Part shown: positions 53,037 through 61,669 of the stretch, piece by piece | Numbering within the stretch: the stretch's first letter is position 1 | Layout: every line of letters starts with the position of its first letter | DNA from: an uncultured Alphaproteobacteria bacterium | GTDB lineage: Bacteria; Pseudomonadota; Alphaproteobacteria; HIMB59 | Direction of reading: 5' to 3' | NCBI GenBank assembly: GCA_902611415.1 | Contig: CACLZM010000004.1 | Span: forward strand, 7,628-71,627 | Length of the DNA stretch: 64,000 nucleotides | The notes under the pieces: generated by a model | Databases searched by the model: none | Told to the model about the DNA's origin: nothing | What the model saw: the letters and a program-made list of their open reading frames with translations, nothing else | Made by a program: the position numbers and the translations under genes

Positions 53037-54017
53037 TTGAAAAAAATTGCAGTCATTGGAACTGGGCTTAGTGCGCTTTCTTTAGCATATCACTTGCCTG
53101 CACTTGATATTACATTTTTTGAGAAATCCTGGAGACCAGGTGGAAGAATAAGCACAAGAAAACATGAGCAATATGCTTTTGATCATGGTGCTCACTATTT
53201 GAAATTAGATCATGGTGTTATTGGCTTAAATGAATTTTTAAATAAAATTGATGCTGTTAAAATTTTAAAAGGTCAATTTTGTTCAAATATCTCACAAAAT
53301 TCTCCAATTGAAGATAAAGAGGTCATTGTTGGTAAAGATGGAAATGTATCAATTCCTGTTAAGATACATAAATCACTGCACTACCCTACGCATTTTTCAA
53401 AACAAATAACTAACATTGAAAGCCATAATAATGAATATTTCTTAATCGCAGCAGATGAGAAATTTGGACCTTATGATTATGTTTTTTGTAGCATGCCCTA
53501 TGAACAATCAAAAAAATTGTTAGATCAATTTATAGATTATAGCGATATTCCTGAAATAGAGTTTGACTCCATTTGGACAGTCATGATTGCATTTAATAAA
53601 AGATTGGGAGCTCCGTTTCAATTTGGATATCACTTAACACCTGAAATTAGTTTCTTAATGAATCAAAATTTTAAACACGAATTTTTTAATGAAGAGTGCT
53701 GGGTTGTAAATATGAGAGCTGATTGGACAAAAGAGTATTACAACATAGAAAATTATGTTTTAGAGGACTATGTGGTAAATCAAATGAAAAAGTCTTTTCA
53801 ATCAAAAGCTGATGCTGTTTTTAAGAAGTCTCATAGATGGAGATACTCTTATACAAAGAAAAGTCTAAGAGATCAAAACTCTAAAAGATTCATTGAGTCC
53901 ATAGATCAGCGTCTATATGCTTTTGGAGATTGGTGTGAAGGTCCAAGTATGCAAGATGCTTGGTTATCTGGTAAGAAATTAGCTCAGCATTTCAGTGAAA
54001 TGAGACTTAAAAATTAA
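53037..54017 (+). CDS. Renalase-like NAD/FAD-dependent oxidoreductase
   Basis: GTGLS, EKS..PGGRISTR, FDHGA, HRWRYS, GDWC, AWLSG. Confidence 0.88.
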   Translation: MKKIAVIGTGLSALSLAYHLPALDITFFEKSWRPGGRISTRKHEQYAFDHGAHYLKLDHGVIGLNEFLNKIDAVKILKGQFCSNISQNSPIEDKEVIVGKDGNVSIPVKIHKSLHYPTHFSKQITNIESHNNEYFLIAADEKFGPYDYVFCSMPYEQSKKLLDQFIDYSDIPEIEFDSIWTVMIAFNKRLGAPFQFGYHLTPEISFLMNQNFKHEFFNEECWVVNMRADWTKEYYNIENYVLEDYVVNQMKKSFQSKADAVFKKSHRWRYSYTKKSLRDQNSKRFIESIDQRLYAFGDWCEGPSMQDAWLSGKKLAQHFSEMRLKN

Positions 54018-54052
54018 ATAAAGATTGTGAATAATAAAATTTAGGAAGTTCC

Positions 54053-54259
54053 TCAATGTGTTTTATTATAAATTTTTTTCCATTTTAAATAGTCTTGGTC
54101 ATTTAACATAAATCTCATCAAGTTTTTTACATCATTTTTATTAATATTATATTGAGAATTTATTATTTGGTATGGTATCTCGTCATTATGTGCCAAGAAC
54201 TTAATATGATCTAATTCATAGGGCGTTAAATATTTCATTAAACTATAAACATCGGACAT
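54053..54259 (-). CDS. Small protein resembling TIGR03643/DUF2805
   Basis: Spacing of I..LA..D..PY..I..QY......V..LMR...W resembles that family (recognised by eye). Confidence 0.5.
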   Translation of the reverse strand: MSDVYSLMKYLTPYELDHIKFLAHNDEIPYQIINSQYNINKNDVKNLMRFMLNDQDYLKWKKIYNKTH

Positions 54260-54347
54260 ATAGAAAAACTATACAAAAAATACTATTTAAGTCTAGTTCG
54301 TGAAAATGTATTACCTAAAAATTAATAAAAGGTGATTTTTCTATATT

Positions 54348-54740
54348 CTATTTCAAAGCAGCAAAAAAACTGTCTGATTTATTGCAATCGCCGTAATAAG
54401 TTTTTTTCAAATTTACACTATCAGGATAAAATATGTTTCTCTCATATCTAAGGATTTTTTTATATAGAATTAGGGTGTTAAAGGAGAAGTCAGTTTCAAT
54501 TCTAAAATGATAACTTACGTCATCTTCTCCCATATACTCATATTGTAAATCTTGAAATCTCTCCTTTAATACAAAGAGGTTTTGGTCAAATGAGTATTCA
54601 AATTCATTTATATCCTCATTTTTAAATTCAATAATTTGTACTTTTGAGTAATCAATAAGAGATGTTTCTTGACAAGCTAATTTTATACTCTGACCGAAAG
54701 ATAAAGTTGGAATAAAAAATAATATAAAAAAAAACCTCAT
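54348..54740 (-). CDS. Hypothetical secreted protein
   Basis: Signal peptide; one Cys near each end of the mature part. Confidence 0.65.
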   Translation of the reverse strand: MRFFFILFFIPTLSFGQSIKLACQETSLIDYSKVQIIEFKNEDINEFEYSFDQNLFVLKERFQDLQYEYMGEDDVSYHFRIETDFSFNTLILYKKILRYERNIFYPDSVNLKKTYYGDCNKSDSFFAALK

Positions 54741-54743
54741 AAT

Positions 54744-55031
54744 TTAATCCATTATGCTTGCTTTAAATCCATACTCTGAGATAGCTTTTTTTCGAAAAAA
54801 GCCCTCAATTTTTATCATCGTTACAAAATTGTTTGAACATTTAAGAAGAGCTTTAAAAGGTTTAGCGGATCCTTTACAACTTACATCTTTACCATTAGCA
54901 TCATGTGTTTCACCACAGGCACATTCGTAATTAATAGAACCATATCCATTGAGTCTGAGTAAATGGGCAGCTTGTAAGGGGTTGTTTTTGAGTTTTTCTC
55001 TTACTTCCTCTTTGTTGGTTAATATTTCCAT
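54744..55031 (-). CDS. Hypothetical protein with CxC..H..C..C motif
   Basis: ATG at 55031 (MEILTNK), 95 aa. Confidence 0.6.
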   Translation of the reverse strand: MEILTNKEEVREKLKNNPLQAAHLLRLNGYGSINYECACGETHDANGKDVSCKGSAKPFKALLKCSNNFVTMIKIEGFFRKKAISEYGFKASIMD

Positions 55032-55048
55032 TAAGGAGTTAATTTTAT

Positions 55049-55135
55049 TTAATCCCCCCTCATTATCCACATAAAAAAAGTAGCTAAAAGTATAAGCGAA
55101 ATAGTTAAATCTACCCAAAGAGTACCAGTGAACAT
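55049..55135 (-). CDS. Putative 28-aa single-TM peptide
   Basis: MFTGTLWVDLTISLILLATFFMWIMRGD* fills the gap between co-oriented genes. Confidence 0.45.
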   Translation of the reverse strand: MFTGTLWVDLTISLILLATFFMWIMRGD

Positions 55136-55141
55136 ATAATT

Positions 55142-55333
55142 TTAATTTTCACTTGGGATGGCGTTTTCTTCTCTCATCAGAATAGGTCGACCATCATGTG
55201 CAGTGTTTAAAGGTATAATTTTACCTTTATACCTGACACATAAAGTTGGGGCGTTTCTTACTTCTTTCCCCAAATTTACCTCTAAGTCTACTAGAATTAA
55301 TTCTGCATCATCCAAAATTTTTAATATTTTCAT
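55142..55333 (-). CDS. Hypothetical protein
   Basis: 63 aa ORF with GGAG SD upstream. Confidence 0.65.
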   Translation of the reverse strand: MKILKILDDAELILVDLEVNLGKEVRNAPTLCVRYKGKIIPLNTAHDGRPILMREENAIPSEN

Positions 55334-55425
55334 TAATTACATCTCCGATACTACTTTTTAGTCTAATAGTAATCTTTGGATCTTAACAGACTGATTAAAG
55401 GTTTAGTGTCAGTTAAAAGTGAGGA

Positions 55426-55611
55426 CTAATTTTCCGCGCAGATATCTTTAATAACTGGTGTATTAGTGCATTCAACACATTTTGTGATTTGAACTACACA
55501 TCCATCAGCTAATTGAGATACCTCTACTTCTTTGTTACACTTAGAACAAATAGAAGATACAGATAAGTCACACTTCGGACAAGATATTGTTTGTGCGTTT
55601 TCCATTGTCAT
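55426..55611 (-). CDS. Cys-rich small protein (putative metal-binding)
   Basis: CPKC, CSKC, CVEC; 8 Cys in 61 aa. Confidence 0.55.
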   Translation of the reverse strand: MTMENAQTISCPKCDLSVSSICSKCNKEVEVSQLADGCVVQITKCVECTNTPVIKDICAEN

Positions 55612-55747
55612 GTATTACTTCTAATATACCTTTTTAGATGAAGAATGGAATAGATTACGAAAAACAATTAATAATCAATAAATTCAGTATTTTTGCTTTA
55701 TAAGTTTCTATTTTGATTGAACGAAATAAAAATGTACTTTTAGTTTA

Positions 55748-56155
55748 ATGGATACAATTAAATTCCTTATAAAAAGTCATAAAATGATACCTCATCCTGA
55801 AGGCGGTCATTACGTCGAGGTTTACAAAAATAAGGATGTTAGTCACATATACTATTTGTTAGAAAAAGGGCAATATTCGCATTGGCATCGCATTAAAAAG
55901 AACGAAACAATACACTTTTATACTGGTAGTCCTTTGAGAATATATACATCGAAAAATGGTGAAGAATATGAAATAAATGAGATAGGATCTAAAAATAGAT
56001 TTATTCACAGTATCGAAAGTAATATATGGTTCTCACTAGAAACGACTGGATTATTTAGTTTAATTGGTTGTACAGTTGCTCCAGCTTTTGAATTTGAGGA
56101 TTTAGAAATTGCTCCCAAAAATTGGAAACCTAGTAAATTTAAGGGTTATCTCTGA
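55748..56155 (+). CDS. Cupin (DUF985/Cupin_5) protein
   Basis: PHPEGG, IYYLL, SHWHR, GCTVAPAFEF. Confidence 0.9.
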   Translation: MDTIKFLIKSHKMIPHPEGGHYVEVYKNKDVSHIYYLLEKGQYSHWHRIKKNETIHFYTGSPLRIYTSKNGEEYEINEIGSKNRFIHSIESNIWFSLETTGLFSLIGCTVAPAFEFEDLEIAPKNWKPSKFKGYL

Positions 56156-56196
56156 CAAAATTAAATATTTAGAAGTAATTAGACGTGTTTTTTTTA

Positions 56197-56440
56197 TTTT
56201 GTAAATTACACACATAAATTATTAAATTGTGTGTAATAAAATATACAAAAATCACATAAAAATCTTTAAAATGGAAATCAAGAATTTAAAAAAATTAATT
56301 ATGATTTTTTTTAAATTTACCTTAAATTTGAAATTTTTTCTAATTTTTCGATTTTATTGAAAAATTGTTGATTTTATTGATAATTTTTCTATTTTTATCA
56401 TAATTTACACATAAATTACATAATAGTTTGTGTATAAATT
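56197..56440. repeat. AT-rich non-coding block with two related palindromes and a central inverted repeat
   Basis: ATTACACACA-N13-TGTGTGTAAT (56205-56237); TACACA-N17-TGTGTA (56406-56434); 12-bp direct repeat ACACATAAATTA at 56210 and 56407; AATTTAAAAAAA/TTTTTTTAAATT around 56300. Confidence 0.7.
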
Positions 56441-56464
56441 GAAAATAATATAAGTTCAATAGTA

Positions 56465-57118
56465 GTGCAAGATATAAAAATCAAACCTTGGGAAGAATTA
56501 AAACAAATTCATAAGGAAAAATTTAAAAATGAGTCAGATTACTTATCTTTTTTCCGGGACGTAGTTTTACATGACACCTCAACTAGAGAAAAGTACACCT
56601 CTCAAACTAAAGATAGGGTAATTGAGGGAGTAACTTGGGCTAAAGAATTCTCAAAGTTTCATCAAAGATATAAAGACGGCTACTCTTACAAGTTTTCTGA
56701 AAATAATACAATTTTGAATATTGGGCACCAAACCACATATTTAATTAAACCACAATTTGCAGCTTATCATGCGGTCAGAAAAATAATGAGAAATTGGTTA
56801 ATAAAGAGACTCAAAGATGAGTATGTCAAAAAAAAGCCAGTAATCTACAATCCTCCTAAAAGTCTCAACCAAGGCGAAAGTAACTTTATTACAAGGCGGA
56901 CAAAAGTTGCTTATTTAGTATATATGGGTGACTTAGCTGTTAGAGATAATTTACTTTACTCTATTAGAGATAATAAAACTCTAGTGCCCAAACCAGCTTC
57001 GCTATCTTGGTGTGTGTCACAATTTGATGATAAATATATATCTGATGGTATACTAACCTACCCTAAAAATTTAGGCCCCTTGAATGAAAACTTATTGTCA
57101 GAATCATTGTCTTTTTAA
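56465..57118 (+). CDS. Hypothetical protein (no recognisable family)
   Basis: 217-aa ORF with GTG start. Confidence 0.7.
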   Translation: MQDIKIKPWEELKQIHKEKFKNESDYLSFFRDVVLHDTSTREKYTSQTKDRVIEGVTWAKEFSKFHQRYKDGYSYKFSENNTILNIGHQTTYLIKPQFAAYHAVRKIMRNWLIKRLKDEYVKKKPVIYNPPKSLNQGESNFITRRTKVAYLVYMGDLAVRDNLLYSIRDNKTLVPKPASLSWCVSQFDDKYISDGILTYPKNLGPLNENLLSESLSF

Positions 57119-57328
57119 ATGTCAGAAGTAATTAAAGTATTATTATCATCATACGGCTTTGCAATTTTACTATGGGCAGCTTTTATCTATACTCAAAAAA
57201 GATTTGGTAAATTAACAAAAAATGTTAGTTCCAAAAGAATATATATTAAATATTTTATTATAATCGTTTTAGGGTACGGGACTTTCTCGCTAGTGTTAAT
57301 CAGTGTTTATAGCGATTGGTTTAAATAA
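57119..57328 (+). CDS. Hypothetical two-TM protein
   Basis: 69 aa, two hydrophobic helices, abuts upstream stop. Confidence 0.6.
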   Translation: MSEVIKVLLSSYGFAILLWAAFIYTQKRFGKLTKNVSSKRIYIKYFIIIVLGYGTFSLVLISVYSDWFK

Positions 57329-57337
57329 TCAAAGTTT

Positions 57338-57679
57338 ATGAATAGTGATGATATTGAAACTCAGGATTACATATTTATGAAGTGTCTCCAGGAAAAAATA
57401 TGTAAAAGACATGTCACATTAAAAACAACAGGTAAACAGATAAACGATGAGTCTTTAATTTCGAAAAATGTGATTAATGCTTTTGACTTGGATGAAATTT
57501 CATTTTTGACAGGACTAAATTTCAATATTGTGAGTGATACAGGGGCAAAACTTATAAGAATGAGTCTAGCAAATAAAATTATGTGGGAAGATGATCAAAA
57601 TAATGAAAAGCGATATCTTTGGTATTTGTCTGAGAACGGTGAAAAATATTTAGAGAGAAATTCATACAAGAGCACATGA
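57338..57679 (+). CDS. Hypothetical protein, possible winged-helix fold
   Basis: LDEISFLTGL helix and C-terminal WYLSENGEKYL wing-like motif. Confidence 0.55.
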   Translation: MNSDDIETQDYIFMKCLQEKICKRHVTLKTTGKQINDESLISKNVINAFDLDEISFLTGLNFNIVSDTGAKLIRMSLANKIMWEDDQNNEKRYLWYLSENGEKYLERNSYKST

Positions 57680-57864
57680 ACATAGAATTAGTGATAAATA
57701 CATTTTGGTTTTTTTCGATTTTTACAGCAGCTATTTACATCATTAAAAAGAGGTATGTTGGTAAAAAGGAATATTCTATTATAGATAATGCTTTTAAATT
57801 GGGCTTATCTGTATCAATTTTTTTAATTTTTTTAAGCTTGTATTTCTTACTTACACAATCTTAG
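57676..57864 (+). CDS. Hypothetical two-TM protein
   Basis: 62 aa, ATGA overlap with upstream gene. Confidence 0.6.
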   Translation: MNIELVINTFWFFSIFTAAIYIIKKRYVGKKEYSIIDNAFKLGLSVSIFLIFLSLYFLLTQS

Positions 57865-58136
57865 TTTCCACCCTCAAGTAAAATAAATTTTTGTGTATCC
57901 AGATCAACTCCGGCTTCTGTTCTAAGTTTTATCATTTCAGGAAGTTTTAACATTTCTTGCATTTTATCCATCGACTCTACTTCTATAACCGTATAAATTT
58001 CTTCATTGTTATCTTTTGGATGTCCATAGGCTAATACATTAAGACCATATTCCTGTCTCAGTTTTTCATTTTCTTCAAACATTTGTTTCCAATGTTCATA
58101 ACCTCTAGTTATTTTTGCATTTGTAATAATTTTCAT
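57861..58136 (-). CDS. DUF3764-like small alpha/beta-barrel protein
   Basis: YEHWKQMF...R.EAGVD pattern; ATG at 58136 with AAAGGA SD. Confidence 0.7.
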   Translation of the reverse strand: MKIITNAKITRGYEHWKQMFEENEKLRQEYGLNVLAYGHPKDNNEEIYTVIEVESMDKMQEMLKLPEMIKLRTEAGVDLDTQKFILLEGGN

Positions 58137-58243
58137 AGTTATCCTTTCTATCAATTATCATAACATTTTCTTTGTTAAAAACGTCGGTAATTTTATTTGT
58201 GATATATTCCGAATACTCTATTATGCTTATTCTACGCATGATT

Positions 58244-58319
58244 GGGGCCATAGCTCAGCTGGGAGAGCGCTACGCTGGCAGCGTAGAGGTCAGGGGTTCG
58301 ATCCCCCTTGGCTCCACCA
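58244..58319 (+). tRNA. tRNA-Ala(GGC)
   Basis: GGGGCCATAGCTCAGCTGGGAGAGCGCTACGCTGGCAGCGTAG...GGTTCGATCCC...CTCCACCA; 76 nt. Confidence 0.97.
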
Positions 58320-58334
58320 AGGTAAAATTAAAAA

Positions 58335-58541
58335 ATGGAACAAAACTTAGATAAACTTTTTTCAATTAATTTTTTAGGAACATGGCTTATTACTCTAGCC
58401 GTAATAGCACTAGTAATATTTGCTAGCTATAAAATATTTAATATTCTGTTTAAATCAGAGATATACTTTAAAAAATCAGCAATTAGCTATTTTTTAATTT
58501 TTATTTTTATTTTCGGCTTCTTAATATACTTCTATAGCTAA
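58335..58541 (+). CDS. Hypothetical two-TM protein
   Basis: 68-aa hydrophobic ORF directly after the tRNA. Confidence 0.55.
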   Translation: MEQNLDKLFSINFLGTWLITLAVIALVIFASYKIFNILFKSEIYFKKSAISYFLIFIFIFGFLIYFYS

Positions 58542-58683
58542 TTATCTAACAAAAATTATCTTATCTTTTGATATGCAAAATAGTCAGGTCAATTAGTCTA
58601 TAAAATATTTAATTTAATTGTTAATAGAGTGTACTCTTGACTAAGAACTAAATTATTTAGCTCACAACTAAGGAGGTTAATAA

Positions 58684-58971
58684 ATGAGTATAGCAAGAGT
58701 AACAACAGTAAAAATGGACTCAAAGGAGGCAGCTGACGAACAAACACAAGGGTACGTACAAAGTGCACCAACAGAATTCCCACAAGCAAGTCAGTTAATT
58801 GGCATTAGAATAGATGATGTTACATTAATGGCAGTTACAATTTATCCTGATGCTGAAACTATGAAAGCAGCAGATGCTGCACGGGAAAAAAGATTAAATA
58901 CTAATATAGAAAATAGGGTCTCAGTCGAGACAGTAGTTGGCGAGGTTACATTAGATCATCATAATCACTAA
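58684..58971 (+). CDS. Hypothetical protein (possible dimeric alpha/beta barrel)
   Basis: 95 aa, strong SD AAGGAGGT, followed by a terminator. Confidence 0.75.
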   Translation: MSIARVTTVKMDSKEAADEQTQGYVQSAPTEFPQASQLIGIRIDDVTLMAVTIYPDAETMKAADAAREKRLNTNIENRVSVETVVGEVTLDHHNH

Positions 58972-58996
58972 TGATGAATGTGATCAGACAAATATA

Positions 58997-59024
58997 AAAG
59001 CCTTTAGACAGATCTAAAGGCTTT
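58997..59024. terminator. Bidirectional intrinsic terminator
   Basis: AAAGCCTTTAGA-CAGA-TCTAAAGGCTTT 12-bp stem between convergent genes. Confidence 0.8.
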
Positions 59025-59030
59025 ATGTTT

Positions 59031-60023
59031 TTAGACACCCCATCTCATAGCTGCTGTGTGAACAGATGAGTCCCAATGCTTTAAAAGCTCTTCGTCAAGC
59101 TTTGTAAGAGTAATAGAGGCACCTTGCATCTCAAGAGAAGTACAATAATTTCCAACAAGAGACCTTGATATCTTTATATTTTTTTTGTCTAACATGTTTT
59201 TAGCATTATCATAAATTAGGTATAGCTCTGTTAAAGGAGTACCTCCCATACCATTGACGAATAAAAGAATTTCTTCGTTTGTCTCAGGCTTTAAATCCTC
59301 ATTAATTGCCTCTAATAACTCGTTTGTAATCTCTTGTGCAGATTTCATTTTATCTCTTCTTCTTCCAGGTTCACCATGAATTCCAACACCAAATTCCATT
59401 TCATCATCACCTATATCGAAATTTGGTTTTCCTGCAGCCGGGACAGTGCAACTTGAAAATGCAACTCCCATAGAACCTGAATTTTTATTTACCTTATCCC
59501 CTAAGGCTTTACATTCTTGTAAGCTACCTCCATGCTCAGCTAAAGAACCAACTATTTTTTCAACAACAACAGTAGCAGCAACACCTCTTCTACCAGTTGT
59601 AAATGAAGAGTCCTCCACAGCAACATCATCATTTGTTAATACAGACTCATTTGGACCTTGCATCATCTCAGCTGCCATTTGGAAATTCATTACATCTCCA
59701 GAATAGTTTTTAACGATAAATAAAACTCCAGCTCCGCTGTCTACTTTTTCAGCAGCAGCTAACATTTGATCAGGTGTGGGTGATGAAAAAACAAATCCGG
59801 GGCAGGCTGCATCCAGCATACCGTAGCCGACTAAGCCACCATGCATGGGTTCGTGTCCACTCCCCCCTCCACTGATCAGAGCTACTTTCCCCTCTTTTGT
59901 GGGAGTGGCTCTGGTGATGAAGTTGGGGTCGTAGTGGCAGTTAACAATATCTTGATGCGCAGCACCAAAACCTTGCAGACTCTCCTTTAGAAAATCATCC
60001 GCTGAATTCATAAATTTTTTCAT
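59031..60023 (-). CDS. dhaK: Dihydroxyacetone kinase subunit K
   Basis: SGGGSGHEP, KNYSGD, RRGVA, GIHGEPG. Confidence 0.93.
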   Translation of the reverse strand: MKKFMNSADDFLKESLQGFGAAHQDIVNCHYDPNFITRATPTKEGKVALISGGGSGHEPMHGGLVGYGMLDAACPGFVFSSPTPDQMLAAAEKVDSGAGVLFIVKNYSGDVMNFQMAAEMMQGPNESVLTNDDVAVEDSSFTTGRRGVAATVVVEKIVGSLAEHGGSLQECKALGDKVNKNSGSMGVAFSSCTVPAAGKPNFDIGDDEMEFGVGIHGEPGRRRDKMKSAQEITNELLEAINEDLKPETNEEILLFVNGMGGTPLTELYLIYDNAKNMLDKKNIKISRSLVGNYCTSLEMQGASITLTKLDEELLKHWDSSVHTAAMRWGV

Positions 60024-60032
60024 AGTATCCTC

Positions 60033-60662
60033 CTAACTATTTAACACTGACTCACAGACAGTTTTTATCATTAATTGTGAAGACCTGGCTCCAGGATCGA
60101 TATGACCTTTCGCTCGCTCTCCTAAAAAAGAAGCTCTCCCTTTTGTAGCTAAAAGATCTTTTGTTGAAAACATCCCTTTTTCCGCCACTTCTATAGCTTC
60201 TTGAAGTATCTCTTTAACATCTTTGTTATCCTCGACACCTTTTTTAAGGCAGTTAGATACAGGTATGAGAACATCCATCATTGTTTTTTCACCTACATCT
60301 GCTTTACCTCTTTGTTTTACAGCTTCCACGCCATCTGCAAAAATTTCGATTGCCTTTTTATAATCAACACCATTATCTATATCCTTACCTTTGGCCATAG
60401 TCATAAACAATGTGCCAAACAGGGCTCCTGATGAGCCACCAATACCAGATAAAACTTTCATTGCTATTTGGTTTAGAGCTTTAGATATTGGCAAATCTTT
60501 AATTACAGCTTCTAATTCTATAACCAGCTTGATCCCTCTTTGGACATTAAAAATATGATCCCCATCTCCTATTTCTTGGTCCAATTTTTCTATTTCACTT
60601 GCATTTGCATCAATTACAGCTTGAATTTCTTTTGCTCTATGGATTAAAAAATTAACACTCAT
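60033..60662 (-). CDS. dhaL: Dihydroxyacetone kinase subunit L
   Basis: LDQEIGDGDH, GGSSG, KTMMDV, KGRASFLGERA. Confidence 0.93.
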   Translation of the reverse strand: MSVNFLIHRAKEIQAVIDANASEIEKLDQEIGDGDHIFNVQRGIKLVIELEAVIKDLPISKALNQIAMKVLSGIGGSSGALFGTLFMTMAKGKDIDNGVDYKKAIEIFADGVEAVKQRGKADVGEKTMMDVLIPVSNCLKKGVEDNKDVKEILQEAIEVAEKGMFSTKDLLATKGRASFLGERAKGHIDPGARSSQLMIKTVCESVLNS

Positions 60663-61669
60663 TGCACGCTCATTCCTTTTTCGTCAAAAAACAAAATTTT
60701 ATTTTGATCTATCGCGAAATTTACTTTGTCCCCTTTTTGTCCTTGGAATGCTCCTTGATATAAGGATAAAATTTCTGCTCCATTAAAATCTAACTCTACC
60801 ACAGTTTCTGCACCGAGAGACTCAACAGTTTTAATTGAGCCTGAAAGTTCACCTTCTCCTATCTTAATGTGCTCAGGTCTTAAACCAAGTTGACTTGCTT
60901 TATCTGGTGATGAAGCATTTAAAGTAGTTCTGTTGAGAATATTAATTTTTGGTGAGCCTAATCTATTTGCTACATAAATAGATTTTGGATTATTGTATAT
61001 ATCTTCTGGCTTATCAATCTGGGCGATCTTACCATTTTCTAATACTCCGATGCGATCTGCCATAGTTGTGGCTTCAGCTTGATCATGTGTGACATAGAGA
61101 ATTGTGGAGCCTAAATTTAATTGGATTTTTTTCAGTTCGACTCTCAAACTTTCCCTTAATTTTGCATCAAGAGATGAAAGGGGTTCGTCCATTAAATATA
61201 TACTTGGGTCTCTGACTAGAGCACGACCTATCGCAACTCTTTGCATTTCTCCCCCGGATAATTCAGTGGCTTTGTTGTCTAATTTAGCAGAAATCTTCAA
61301 CATTTCCGCTATTTTTGTGACTTTTTCTCTAATCTTATCTTCTGGGATTTTTCTAAGAGGGGATCGAAGAGGAAAAGCTAAATTGTCGTAAACCTTATAA
61401 TGAGGGTATAAAGAGTATTGTTGAAATACAAATGCTGTGTCTCTTGCTGCAGGTTGTGCTTGTGAGAAATCCTCATCATCAAAAAGAATCTTTCCTTTAT
61501 CAATTTTTTCTAAACCTGCTATTGATCTTAATGTTGTTGTTTTACCTGCACCGGTTGGCCCCAATAATACAAAAAACTCTCCATCGTTTACTGTAAAACT
61601 AATATCTTCTAAAGCCTTAATAGTTTTATCATATATTTTTGTAATATTTTGTAGTTCTACTTTAGACAT
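60659..61669 (-). CDS. Carbohydrate ABC transporter ATP-binding protein
   Basis: GPTGAGKT, LSGGEMQR, MDEPLSSLD. Confidence 0.92.
   Translation of the reverse strand: MSKVELQNITKIYDKTIKALEDISFTVNDGEFFVLLGPTGAGKTTTLRSIAGLEKIDKGKILFDDEDFSQAQPAARDTAFVFQQYSLYPHYKVYDNLAFPLRSPLRKIPEDKIREKVTKIAEMLKISAKLDNKATELSGGEMQRVAIGRALVRDPSIYLMDEPLSSLDAKLRESLRVELKKIQLNLGSTILYVTHDQAEATTMADRIGVLENGKIAQIDKPEDIYNNPKSIYVANRLGSPKINILNRTTLNASSPDKASQLGLRPEHIKIGEGELSGSIKTVESLGAETVVELDFNGAEILSLYQGAFQGQKGDKVNFAIDQNKILFFDEKGMSVQ

Noticed and set aside
55063-55071. Perfect DnaA box TTATCCACA
   Set aside because: Isolated and lies within probable coding sequence (Met-Trp-Ile on the minus strand); expected by chance.
55383-55416. 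Imperfect hairpin TTAAC..GAC...GTC..GTTAA
   Set aside because: Several mismatches and no clear U-tract; cannot be called a terminator or ncRNA.
56197-56440. CRISPR array interpretation of the repeats
   Set aside because: Only two degenerate copies ~200 bp apart, no regular spacers and no cas genes.
58290-58319. attL/attR duplication of the tRNA-Ala 3' end, or a prophage
   Set aside because: No second copy noticed by eye and no integrase or phage genes in the window.
58172-58354. 60-aa ORF over tRNA-Ala
   Set aside because: Translation of the tRNA sequence.
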